A stretch of DNA of 64,000 bases from Octopus vulgaris (Eukaryota), in the NCBI GenBank assembly GCA_951406725.2, contig OX597817.1, positions 33,356,001 to 33,420,000 of the forward strand. Reading direction: 5' to 3'. Both the position numbers and the translations under genes were made by a program. Below are positions 52,447 through 64,000 of this stretch, one piece after another (positions within the stretch are counted from its first letter, which is position 1; the number at the start of each line of letters is the position of its first letter). The notes under the pieces are model-generated. The model saw only the letters and a program-made list of their open reading frames with translations, had not been told where the DNA came from and did not search any database.

Positions 52447-53320
52447 TGAGGTGTAGTCATAAAGTGTCCAACCTTTGGCCCAAAAACAAGCAATATTAGA
52501 AAAAACTCAACATTTTGATTTAGTCTCCTTCAAAGTATTCACCTTGGGAGTCTACACACTTTTTCCACTGCTAGAAACATTTTTGGAAATTACAATTTGG
52601 GATGCTGTAGAGCTTGTACCATTGGAATTTGCTTAACATCCTCTGTTGACTCAAATCTTCTCCCTTTGAGTATTTTTTTAGCTTTGGGAATAGCCAAAAG
52701 TAGCATGGAGCCAAGTCTGGGGAGAAAAAAGCCTGACAAACAAGTGATGTATTTTGCTTGATGAGGAATGCTTGGGCAGTGTGGGCAGAATGAGTGGGTG
52801 CTTTGTCATGGTGGTGTTGCCAGTTTTTTGCAGCCCACAGGTCAGGTTGCTTTTGCTTGCATAGCTTCATGAAGGCAATGAAGAACCCTGCAGTAATATT
52901 CTTTCTTAATTATCTGACCTTGTGGTGCATATTCATGGCTCACTGTCAACTGAGGTGGGGCCAACTTTGAACTGGTTGTACCACTTCTTTATTTGTGTTT
53001 TTCATAGCATCATCTCCAAAAGTCTTCTGAATCTTCTCGATAGTCTGGGCTTGCATATCACCAAATTTTTGGTAGGATTTGATACAGTATCTTTGCTCAA
53101 TGTGCACAGTCCTCTTGACTGAAACAAAAATCACACAGCACACTTTCCATGTCTGTGCTTAACGCATCATTATTGGAGACTGGCACAACCTACAGACATC
53201 AAACTTTTTGTGCATGTTCAGGAAGGATGTGGCCAACTAATACCCATGCAGTTTTTGTTCAAGCATTATTATTTTGTGCAAAAAAAAAATGAAGGTTAGA
53301 TACTTTTTGACTACACCTCA
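52447..53320 (-). mobile_element. Internally deleted mariner (second family)
   Basis: TIRs TGAGGTGTAGTCA...TGACTACACCTCA with TA TSDs. Fragments EQRYCIK, HHDKAPTH and SPDLAPCYFWLFPKLK. Confidence 0.88.
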
Positions 53321-53715
53321 TATAAAAAAATGAATGCAAAGAAACATTTTATATACATAGGCACAGAAGTGGCTGTGTGGAAAGTAGCTTGCTTACCAAC
53401 CACATGGTTCTGGGTTCAATCCCACTGTGTGACACTTTGGGCAAGTGTTTTCTACTATAGCCTCAGGATGACCAAAGCCTTGAGTGGATTTGGTAGGTGG
53501 AAACTGAAAGAAGCCCGTCATATATATATATATATGTATGTATGTCTGTATTTGTTCCCCTCACCATCGCTTGACAACCAAAAGAATTTATATATATGTA
53601 TATATATATATATATATATATACAACAGTTCTTTGTATGTTTTTATATATTTGTGTGTGTGTATATATACACACACATGTACACTCAAATATATAAAACA
53701 TAAAGAAACATTCTA

Positions 53716-54999
53716 TTGGATTGTCCGGAAAGTTCGTGCCGATTTATGGTAGCATACCTTTCGACTTATTTTAGAACATTGTTGAGTCCATAAAATAGGA
53801 TTTAACTACACCTCCATTTAGAGCACAGTTTAAACTATATTTTCGTGGAAGAAGGTTTATGTTCCTATAACCTGTGTTAATTCTGTAACCCTTTAAAATG
53901 GAAGATAAGAAAGTTCATTTTCAGCACTTGATGCTTTTCTTTTTCCGTAAAGGGAAAAATGTCTCACAAGCAACCAAAGAAATATGTGCAGTTTACGGTG
54001 ATGTTTCTTTATCTGAAAGAACTGTACAGAAGTGGTTCGCAAGGTTCTGAGTTGGAGATTGTAGTCTTATTGATAAAGAGCAATCAGGCAGACCATCCAC
54101 TACAGATGATGGCCAAATCAAGTCATTAATTGAAAATGACCCACATTGCACAACCCGAGAATTGGCAGAAAGCCTCAACCTATCAAAATCTGTCATTCAT
54201 GAGCACCTGGTAAAGCTTGGGTACACAAATTGCTACGATGTTTGGGTACCAGACGAATTGAGTGAGAAGAACCTTTTGAATTGCATTTCCATCTGTGATT
54301 CGCTTTATAAACGGAATGAAAACGCACCTTTTTTAAAGCAAATTGTGACAGGTGACGAGAAATGGATTATCTACCGAAATGTTCCGAGAAAGCGATCCTG
54401 GAGTAAGCGACATGAGCCACCCTTAGCCACCCCAAAAGCGGGTCTTCACCCTAAAAACGTCTTGCTTTGTGTCTGGTGGGATTGGAAAGGAATTCTGTAC
54501 TATGAGCTTCTCCCAAGTAACCAGACAATTTATTCTGAGAAATACTGCACACAACTAGATGAGTTAAAAGCAGCAATTCAAGAGAAACGTCCAGAATTTT
54601 TCAACAGGAAGGGTGTTGTTTTCCAACATGATAATGCAAGACTGCATGTTTCTTTGGGAACCAGACAAAAATTGCTTCAGCTCGGCTGTGATGTGTTACC
54701 CAACCCTCCATATTCACCAGATATTACTCCTTCGGATTTCCACTTATTTAGGTCTCTGCAGAATAGTCTTAATAGTAAAAATTTCAATTCCTTGGATGAC
54801 ATAAAAAGATACCTTGATGAATTCTTTGCCATGAAACCACTTCAATTCTGGGAAGAGGGTATTTTCAAGTTAAAGGAAGGATGGAGATGCATTGTGCAAC
54901 AAAATGGTTCATATTTGGTTGATTAAAAATGTAAAGGCAAGCATTTATTGACCTTTTTCTTTCCTTTAAGAATCGGTACAAACTTTCTGGACAACCCAA
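53716..54999 (+). mobile_element. Full-length mariner (DD34D), 1284 bp
   Basis: ~30-bp TIRs and TA TSD (53714-15, 55000-01). Confidence 0.95.
53898..54926 (+). pseudogene. Mariner transposase, 342 codons with one premature TGA (54048-54050)
   Basis: Single frame from MEDKKVHF. Motifs WVPDEL, VTGDEKW, FQHDNA and YSPDITPSD, with 34 residues between the 2nd and 3rd catalytic D. Confidence 0.93.
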
Positions 55000-55374
55000 T
55001 ATACACATATATGTATATTTGTGTATATATATGTGTGTGTGTGTATATATATATATATGCACACACACACTCAAATATATAAAAACACATACAAAGCAAC
55101 ATTTTATATACATACATGTATCCGTGTGTATGTATGTGTGTGTACACACACACACATGCATACAAACACACACGTATCATGTACCAATGGAGTTCCCCTT
55201 GTAACTACATAGTTTTGAGCTCTATCTCACCATGTGGAACCTTCTCTTCTATAAGAACCTCAAGCACACTAGTGCCTGGTGAGTGGAATTGGTTTTCAGA
55301 AACTGTATGGAAGGCCCCGTGTATGTATGCATAAAAATATATAAGTATTACATGTCTGTGTCTATGTATGTATG

Positions 55375-55416
<42 letters not shown>

Positions 55417-55629
55417 TGTGAAGCATTTTGGCATGGCTGTTTTGGCCCCTTGTATTTGGCAATGTTGCTTTGATGGTGACTTACTTGACATTAGACATTT
55501 TGTCTCAAGGACCATTTGGATGTGTAAAACATTTTATTACAGAAGTTGACAATTATCTTATAACCACAACTACTGAATTACTCAAGTTTGTTTAGCATGC
55601 TGCCTATAATGGTTAGTAAAACATTGACA

Positions 55630-55939
55630 GTGGAGGCACAATAGCCCAGTGGTTAGGGCAGTGGACTTGTGGTTGGAGGATCGCAGTTTCGATTCCCAAA
55701 CCAGGCGTTGTGTGTGTTTATTGAGTGAAAACACCTAAAGCTCCTCAAGGCTCCGGAAGTGGGTGGTGGCGACCCCTGTTGTACTCTTTTGCCCCGATTT
55801 TCTCTCATTCTTTCTTCCTGTTTCTTGAGTAACGCTGCAATGGACTGGTGTCCCGTCCAGCTGGGGGGAACAACTCATTCGCCATAGAAACCGGGCCCAT
55901 GAGCCTGGCTAGGCTTGAAAAGGGCACATAAATAAATAA
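55630..55939 (+). mobile_element. tRNA-derived SINE
   Basis: A/B-box head and 12-bp TSD AAAACATTGACA (55618-29, 55940-51). The same head occurs at 63923-64000. Confidence 0.85.
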
Positions 55940-58019
55940 AAAACATTGACATCCGCCAATGTATTGCTACACATCTTTGATAAAGTAGAATAGACAGTGA
56001 ATATAAATGTTGGTAATTTATACAGAAAAACTGGAGAGAAAGAGAAGCAATAAGATGTATCAAGTGACACCAATTGTTACAGACATCTCTCTCTGTCTGC
56101 CTGTAAATGTATGTTTCTGTATGTGTGCTGTGTATGTTTGCCTCCAGTGCCAAAAAGTACTATTGCTAAAAAGCCATTGCCAAATCAGGCTCAATGCCCA
56201 ATCAGCCATGCCAAATTACCATCATTCAAATGTCTGCACCTAATTACCTCATTTCATGTGCGCATATATAAATATATATGCATACATGTGTGTGTGCGTG
56301 CATACATATAAGCATGTATAAATACATATATATATATATATAAGTATATAATAATAATATTAGGGAATAATATTCCAAACTTATAGGGAAAAATTCAATT
56401 TAGAAATACTAAATCAAATTTCGCAAAATATAAATTAGAAAAAAACCACCTTTTATCAATTCAACAATGAAAAAATTAAATTATACCATATAGAAAAAAA
56501 TTACATCCTATAGAAAAAATTAGATATAAGATAAAAACATATACCAATGATTAAGTAATGTGCAAAATAATAAATAAAACGTATATATTTGGTATATTGG
56601 CTAATGTTTCTAATTTATATATATAATAATTTGACCCCACTGATATGATGGAAAACAATAACTGAACAATTGTTGGGGGGGTTGTGATATTTTGCCACAG
56701 CATGTGGTTGGCTTTGAGTACATGCTATTGATAACCCCCAAGAGGCAGAAAAGCATCTGGCATTCACACTAAACTTTTGCAATCATGGAAAAATGGCTGT
56801 TAAAGCAATAATGATGATGATTGTATATATATTCCTGCTTGTGTATATGTATATAATATCCATGCACAGGCATGTATATATACCATACATACATATATCT
56901 TCATGTATTCATTTACATAAATGTATGTCAAGATGAAAGGATGAATATAAATTTTGTGGTTACATACACATATTCTTTCAAGTACCAATATATATATAAA
57001 AGCATCAAATACTAATATTTCTTGATCGTGTACAATGGCCAGAATTTTAAACCAAAATCTCTTAAATCAATATAAAATTTGCTTGGATGTGACCTCTCAA
57101 CACAATCTACAGAACTTGATCTGTGCTTGCATATAAATCTAACCTTTTACCTGCATCATATATATACTGGAATGATTATAAATTATGATAAATGTAAATA
57201 ACCCTTAATTTCTTACACCAAATATAACCTCATTACAATTAATTAGAATTGAATATTTGTCCTTTTCTCCATACTCTTATAAAATCAGACTTTCTTCCTT
57301 ACTCACTTTCCTGTTTTGTTCTTTTTTTCCCCCTTTCTTTTAGTTCTTCGTTTCTTTCTTTCCTTCCTTATGTATGTATGTATGCCTTCTATACATACAT
57401 CTATTGTAAAGACTTAACTTAATTTAAATTTGCTGTTATTTGTTAATTTAAATTTATTGTTTATTACCATGACACGTAATCATATAACATCTAAAGACTA
57501 TTCTAATATGCCACAATTCTACACAACCTACATTGCAACCACTTAAGCTCCATCCACAAGATGAATAAAAATATATCAATAAAGGCTTCAAAGGAAAAGC
57601 CAATTTCTCTCTAATAAAAATCCCTTAAAAAACAAGTGGATATTAGTGTTTAGAAGAGTATCCAGCCTATAAATCCTTCCTCAAAATAATTGCTGTCCAA
57701 GTTATGGAACAACTGATGTTAAACAGATGAAAGATTGTGTGTGATTGTGCACCAGTATCTTGACATCCCGTGGTGGTTGTAAGTGAAGGTCAGTCATACT
57801 GTGAAGTACATGGCTGGTCATGGTAAATATTACCTTGGCTAGAAATAGATGAGTGGGAATTGGAGACAGGAAGTGCATCCAGCTGTAGAAAATCTTCAAC
57901 AAATTCCAAGTGACCCATGCAAGCATAGAAAAGTAGGCATTAAACTGATGATAATGATATATATGTGTATATATATCAACATCGAAATAAATATCAAATA
58001 GAAATTGTATTTGTGATAC

Positions 58020-58330
58020 CTGTACCGGTGGCATGTAAAAAGCACCATTCGAATGTGGCCGATGCCAGCACCGCCTTGACTGGCTTCTGTGCTGGTGGCA
58101 CGTAAAAAGCACCAACCGATCATGGCCACTGCCAGCCTCCCCTGGCACCTGTGCCAGTGGCACATAAAAAGCACCCACTACACTCATGGAGTGGTTGGTG
58201 TTACGAAGGGCATCCATCTGTAGAAACACTGCCAGATCAGACTGGAGCCTGGTGCAGCCCCCTGGCTTCCCAGACCCGGTCGAACCGTCCAACCATTGCT
58301 AACGTGGAAAACGGACGTTAAATAATGATG
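58020..58330 (+). mobile_element. SINE with (GAT)n tail
   Basis: Homologous to 32395-32720. Confidence 0.8.
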
Positions 58331-58558
58331 ATATATATATATATATATCGTCAGTGTGTCATACATCCGAAAAAGAAGCACACTTTAAAGCATAGAGCAG
58401 TAATGTATTTATAATTAGTTAAGTCTATGCTTAATTATAGTGACTAATGGTTTTGCATCCATAAAGGTCTTAGCCCCATGGCTGACTCATCAGACTGTAA
58501 AGCTGAAGGTATGTCTTTCTTCAACTCAGGTTTCAGGGAGTTTTAGTCACTCTATGAC

Positions 58559-58589
<31 letters not shown>

Positions 58590-58696
58590 GTCTGTGTGTG
58601 TGTGTATAATTAAAAAAAAACGAAAGAAAAAACAACAAAGCAAAGACGTAGTACATGCAAAGTATTAGCAGATGCTCAAGGAAGGAAAAAAAGGTA

Positions 58697-58731
58697 GTTT
58701 TACATTTCAAGCAAAGCTCTTCTTCAGAAAT
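58697..58731 (-). ncRNA. Degenerate hammerhead ribozyme-like motif
   Basis: Minus strand reads TTT-CTGAAGA-A-GAGC-TTT-GCTT-GAAA-TG-TA-AAA. Confidence 0.45.
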
Positions 58732-61520
58732 AAGACGGAGGAAAGTCCAAGTGAAAAGGAAAACAGAGGAGAAAAATCATTAGCATCAAGTTATAATAAT
58801 AAAGTAGAACCAAATAGTGATATTTTGAAATCATTTAATATGCACATTTCAGGTTTGGGTAACATACGGTTAATTAATACAGGAGTTTAATTAGCTTTTT
58901 GAACATTTCTTTTGAATAGTGCACTAATTGGATGCGATTGTATAGTATACTATGCATGATCTGGCATAGTGTGTTATATTGATTAATAGCCAGATTGTGC
59001 ATGATATGCAATACAAGCCTGTATAGCATACAGTTTCTGTACTATCCAAGTATGAAATTTGAAGTATAACTCCTGTATTCATTAAATTACATATCCTGCT
59101 GGTGGCACTGGCTTTAGGAATGGCATTCAGTGGTAGAAATCATGCCGAAGCAGATATTTGACTATAACAGGGTCCTCTAATCTATTAGATCCCATTAAAT
59201 ATGTAAGTATGGGAAATGTGATAAAATATGACATTATATATACATATGTAGATAGATAGGTAGATATAGTGAATTGAGAAAATTTTGTTGATATTTTTAG
59301 CAGATTGAGTCATCTTGTGGCAACTCCCTTGTTGGTTCAGTTAAGTAGATTTAGTATTTGGTTTGAAAACATATCCTACAACAAGCACTTGCTTAATCAT
59401 GAAGTATGTTCTGTTGTATTTGACACATTTTGAGTAGATAAAATCTGTTTCTTCAACCTAAGAAATAAGCTTACCGGTTCTAACTTCCACACTCTTACTC
59501 ATCGTCAAGTGGTAATTTTCCTCTTTATAAATTTCATTTAAAATAATATAAAGATTTCCTAATTAAGTAGATCTCATATTTACAGAGAAAGAAATAAGTG
59601 TACGTTATTCATGTTTTTCTCAAGAGCATTAACAATCACAGAGAAATGGCTTCACCTGAGAGCTGAGACTGGGTCACAAATTCAACTGTCTAGCATCATG
59701 TTCATGAAGCTAGCATCATGTTCACAACAACCATCTACTATTTTATTACAAATTCAAATAATAATTCTTTCTGCTATTAACACAAGTTTTGAAATTTACT
59801 TTATTGATCCCTGGAAGAATGAAAGGCAAAGATGACTGTGACAGGATTTGAACTCAAAATATAAAGTGCAAAACAAGATGTACAGTTGAGTGGTTACTTA
59901 TTTTATTGACCTCAGTAAGTTTTGAACTTGTGACACACAGGTCCCATACTATTTACTAAGTATTTGGTTCAACATTTTTCTGTCTCTCTTCCACAAACTT
60001 CAAATAATATTAATAATGGCTATGCTTATGATGTTACTTGACATGTTAGTAATAGCAGCTAAATCTCCTCTAAATCACATCATCTTAAAGAAAGACACAC
60101 TGAATAAAAAGTCACTTCTATGTGAAAAAACATGATATTCGGGTTACAGAGCACTTTCAATCACTGGTTTGTTTGACCAGAGCTGGCCCAGGGTTAGACA
60201 ACAATAACAATAATGGCATTTATCTTTTATCTCTTACTTGTTTCAGGCATTGGACTGTGGTCATGCTGGGGCACCATCATGAAGGGTTTAGACAAACTAA
60301 TCAACCCTAGTACTTTTTTTTAAAGTCTGGTATTCTGTTGGTCTATTTTGCTGAACTACTAAGTTACCAGAACACGAACAAATTAACATCAGTTGTCTAG
60401 TGGTTGAGGCAGGGGTGGTGGGATACGCACACACACACGCAAACATATAAATGTGATGGGCTTCCACACAGTTTCTGGCTACTAAATTCACTCACAAGAC
60501 ATTGAGTGGAAGACACTCACCCAAGGTGGTGCACAGTGGGATTGAACCCAAAGCCACATAACTGCAAAGTGGGCTGTTTAACCATACAGCCATGCCTCAA
60601 AAAGAAAAAAAAACTTTCATGAGACAGTAAGTGATTAAAATAAATTTTTTAGTTCAGCTCAATACTATAAAAGGAGAATGAATGATATTCTTTCCTCTTT
60701 TTCATGGGCGTCAGTAATGAAGTCAAGTGGAATCCTGCCTTGGAGGAATCAAAATTGGGTCACAGAATGGGCTTGCTAAGAGATTTCCCTAATCCTACAG
60801 TACATAGCATTTCAGTTATAATAAGGGGAAACTCCACCCCAGTTTATTTTGTCATGCATACATTTCTATTTATAGCTCTCAAGATGAAGAGCAAATGTTT
60901 TAGATTTCTCAATCTCAGGATAAATATGACTTATAAAGTTTGGATAAACACGATTAACTTCATTAATTAGAATATTAGAATATCAGCCAAAGCCAACACG
61001 TGTGTGTGCATACACATCTGATCTCTCTCCATTACATATATGTGTATGTATGTGTGTGTGTGTGTGTAGCCAGCTAAGTATATGTGTGTGTATATGTATG
61101 CGCAGATGAAGATGAGTGCTTCTTTAGGCAGATATGTGTGTGTGTAGATACGTGGTATGTCTAGAATTCTGGACATCTGAGATGCTACTAAACACTCAAC
61201 ATCTGGTTGATTAAATGAATGCTATGAGACCTCCTCAGGCAGTTATTAATGGGAGGTCACTCAACAACAACAATGACAAAGTAAATTTTTCTTTTTTTGT
61301 TGTTTCAACAAGGCATTTTAGTGTTTTGTTATTTTAAAACTTGTCTGACGATATAAGCTGAGAGGAAGAGATGTGAATTAGGGGTGGTGGCATTTCTAAG
61401 CTTTACTCAACCAGTGTCAGGGTATGTGAGGGTATGAATGTTTAACTTTAAATTAAGAAGAAAAAAAAAGATGTGGGCATTGCTATGTAATAAGAAGTGT
61501 GTTATTGCTATGTAAATAAC

Positions 61521-61757
61521 AAGGCGGCGAGCTGGCAGAAACGTTAGCACACCGGGTGAAATACTTTGTGGTATTTCGTCTGCCGCTGCATTCTGAGTTC
61601 AAATTCTGCCGAGGTCGACTTTGCCTTTCATCCTTTCGGGGTCGACAAATTAAGAACCAGTCACGCACTAGGGTCGATTTAATTGACTCAATCCCTTTGT
61701 CTGTTCTTGTTTGTACCCTCTATGTTTAGCCCCTTGTGGGCAATAAAGAAATAAGAA
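61521..61757 (+). mobile_element. SINE (family of 86-315)
   Basis: Reverse-complement homology to 86-315. Confidence 0.85.
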
Positions 61758-63131
61758 ATGTGTTTCTCAACCACATGGTTCCACATTCAGTCCTGCTATG
61801 TGCTGCTTGGTTAAGTGTCTTCAGCTATAGTCCTGGGTCAACCGAAGCCTTGAGAGTGGATTCAATAAAGGATTTAGTAAGAGGAAAGTGAAAGAAGCCC
61901 AATGTGTGTGCGTGTGTTTGTGTTTGTTCCACCACCACTTGAAAAGTAGTGTTGGTTAGTTACATCCCTTAACTTAGCAGTTTGGCAAAAGAAGATTGAT
62001 ATGATGAGTGGGTACCAGGCTTAAAAAAAAATACTGGGGTCAATTTCTTTGACTTAAACCTTTCATAACGGTGCCCTAGCATGTTTCTGTCCAATGTCTG
62101 AAACAAATAAAAGATTCCAGGGAAATCAGATTGATAAAGTAGAATAGTAATGTACGTTAAGAGGAAATACGGTTGAGAAACAGGAAGAAGTCTAGATTAG
62201 GTGTCATCTAGTTGAAAGGTATTCTGTGAAGTTGACAACCAGTTGCTTTACTTTCTGCCTAGTTAGTTACTGTTTGAATTAATTAGGCTGTTACTACATA
62301 CATTCTCCTATGGCACCCACTTTTCTGTTTATTTATTTATTCATTTATTTATTTATTTATTTATTTGTAAGTGGTGGTGGTGGTGGGAGATAGTGTCATT
62401 AGTGTTATCCTATGAATATTATACTAGTTCTCAGTCAGATGTTTGGAATTTGTGGAATTAACTAAGGAAGGATGTTAGCAATATAGCAGCCATGCATATT
62501 AAGCAAACTACACACACACACACATGCACACACCTACTCATATACACAAGCACACACCTACTCATTAACATAAGCACATACACACACACATGCCCATTTA
62601 CTCACACACAGAACTACTCACACATGCAAGTTATTACCTCCAGTTCAGGTAATGGGTGAAAAGAAAACATGCACATTTATATACACATGCAAAGCTCTGT
62701 GTGTGTGTGTGTGCATTAATCACACACCCACACTTTAGATGTAGACAAACAGATACAAAAACTGCCACGCCTTATCTTATTTCTTACAATATCTGCTAAG
62801 TTCATAAATTGGTTGCAGAGGAACTGAACAATCCTGTTACTTTGGCAACTTCAGTTCCTCTTTCTCCTTTGCCTTTTGCTTAATTTCTTTCTTGTATTTG
62901 GCTGTATAAATTACACCTAGAATCTATGTACGAGAAACTTAGAGCCAGAGAAACCAAGATGAAATTCCCTAAATAGGTACTTAGCAAATTGAATGAAACT
63001 GTAAACCTTTGATATATTCTTACAACTTCAATTTATTACAGACACTGATATGGCTGTTAGTCACCTAAAAATTTCAATAAATTTGCTGTGTTGCCTAACT
63101 TGTGTAGGATATTCAATTATATAAAGACCCT

Positions 63132-63154
63132 TTATATATATATATGTATGTATG

Positions 63155-63197
<43 letters not shown>

Positions 63198-63202
63198 GTA
63201 TG

Positions 63203-63284
<82 letters not shown>

Positions 63285-63312
63285 TGTATGTATATGTATG
63301 TATGTATGTATG

Positions 63313-63343
<31 letters not shown>

Positions 63344-63368
63344 GTATGTATATGTATGTATGTATATA

Positions 63369-63401
<33 letters not shown>

Positions 63402-63422
63402 ATGTATGTATGTATATGTATG

Positions 63423-63455
<33 letters not shown>

Positions 63456-63872
63456 ATGTATGTATGTATATGTATGTATATATATGTATGTATGTATGTA
63501 TGTATATGTATGTATGTATATGTATGTATGTATATATATGTATGTATGTATATGTATGTATGTATATATATGTATGTATGTATATATATATGTATGTATA
63601 TATATATATATATATGTATGTATATATATATATATGTATGTATATATATATATATGTATGTATATATATATATATGTATGTATATATGTATGTATATATA
63701 TATGTATGTATATATATATGTATGTATATATATATGTATGTATATATATATGTATGTATATATATATGTATGTATATATATATGTATGTATATATATATA
63801 TGTATGTATGTATATATATGTATGTATATGTATGTATGTATGTATGTATGTATATGTATGTATGTATGTATG

Positions 63873-63918
<46 letters not shown>
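63132..63918. repeat. Compound (TA)n/(TATG)n microsatellite, ~790 bp
   Basis: Directly visible. It explains the four low-complexity ORFs at the window end. Confidence 0.98.
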
Positions 63919-63921
<3 letters not shown>

Positions 63922-63922
63922 T

Positions 63923-64000
63923 GTGGAGGCACAATGGCCCAGTGGTTAAGGCAGTGGACTCGCTGTCGTAGGACCGTGGTTTCGATTCCCAGACCGGGGG
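63923..64000 (+). mobile_element. SINE tRNA-like head, truncated by window end
   Basis: GTGGAGGCACAATGGCCCAGTGGTTAAGGCAG...GGTTTCGATTCCC matches the copy at 55630. Confidence 0.8.

Noticed and set aside
57702-58292. 196-aa minus-strand ORF and similar ORFs at 15007, 17003 and 32375
   Set aside because: They overlap SINE copies. The shared peptides reflect the repeat, not a gene family.
62921-62976. Exon-like segment after a pyrimidine tract (SMYEKLRARETK...)
   Set aside because: All three frames hit a stop at or before the GT donor, and the best frame does not match phase 0.
63113-63971. Four long ORFs (241-275 aa) of Y/I/H/T or M/Y/V/C
   Set aside because: Translations of a microsatellite that lacks stop codons.
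63923-64000. tRNA-like sequences (also 55630, 29660-29730, 11780-11854)
   Set aside because: SINE heads continuous with SINE bodies and TSDs, not standalone tRNA genes.

Overview
AT-rich, repeat-dense eukaryotic genomic DNA. The SINE, mariner and Penelope landscape looks like an Octopus (coleoid cephalopod) genome; this is an inference from repeat families. The only host gene I can support is the 5' part of a + strand Na+/Ca2+ exchanger (NCX/SLC8-like). It has four clear coding exons (23184-23471, 26712-27138, 44443-44516, 47452-47619) that splice in frame and encode TM1-5, the alpha-1 repeat and the start of the cytoplasmic loop. The CBD and alpha-2 exons must lie beyond the window. The most notable observation, missed by the ORF track, is an array of frame-preserving candidate microexons with canonical splice sites. 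Four lie in the phase-1 intron (15, 15, 18 and 3 nt) and two in the phase-0 intron (21 and 24/18 nt). The phase-1 set sits where canonical NCXs carry the XIP autoinhibitory segment, which this gene lacks. Also present: five minimal hammerhead-ribozyme-like motifs in Penelope-type fragments with covarying stem I, several long intronic inverted repeats, a near-intact DD34D mariner with one stop, a Tc1 foldback, a Helitron tandem dimer, a hAT MITE, LINE fragments and many SINEs. Almost all other listed ORFs are spurious. All exon calls come from sequence inspection only and need RNA-seq confirmation.
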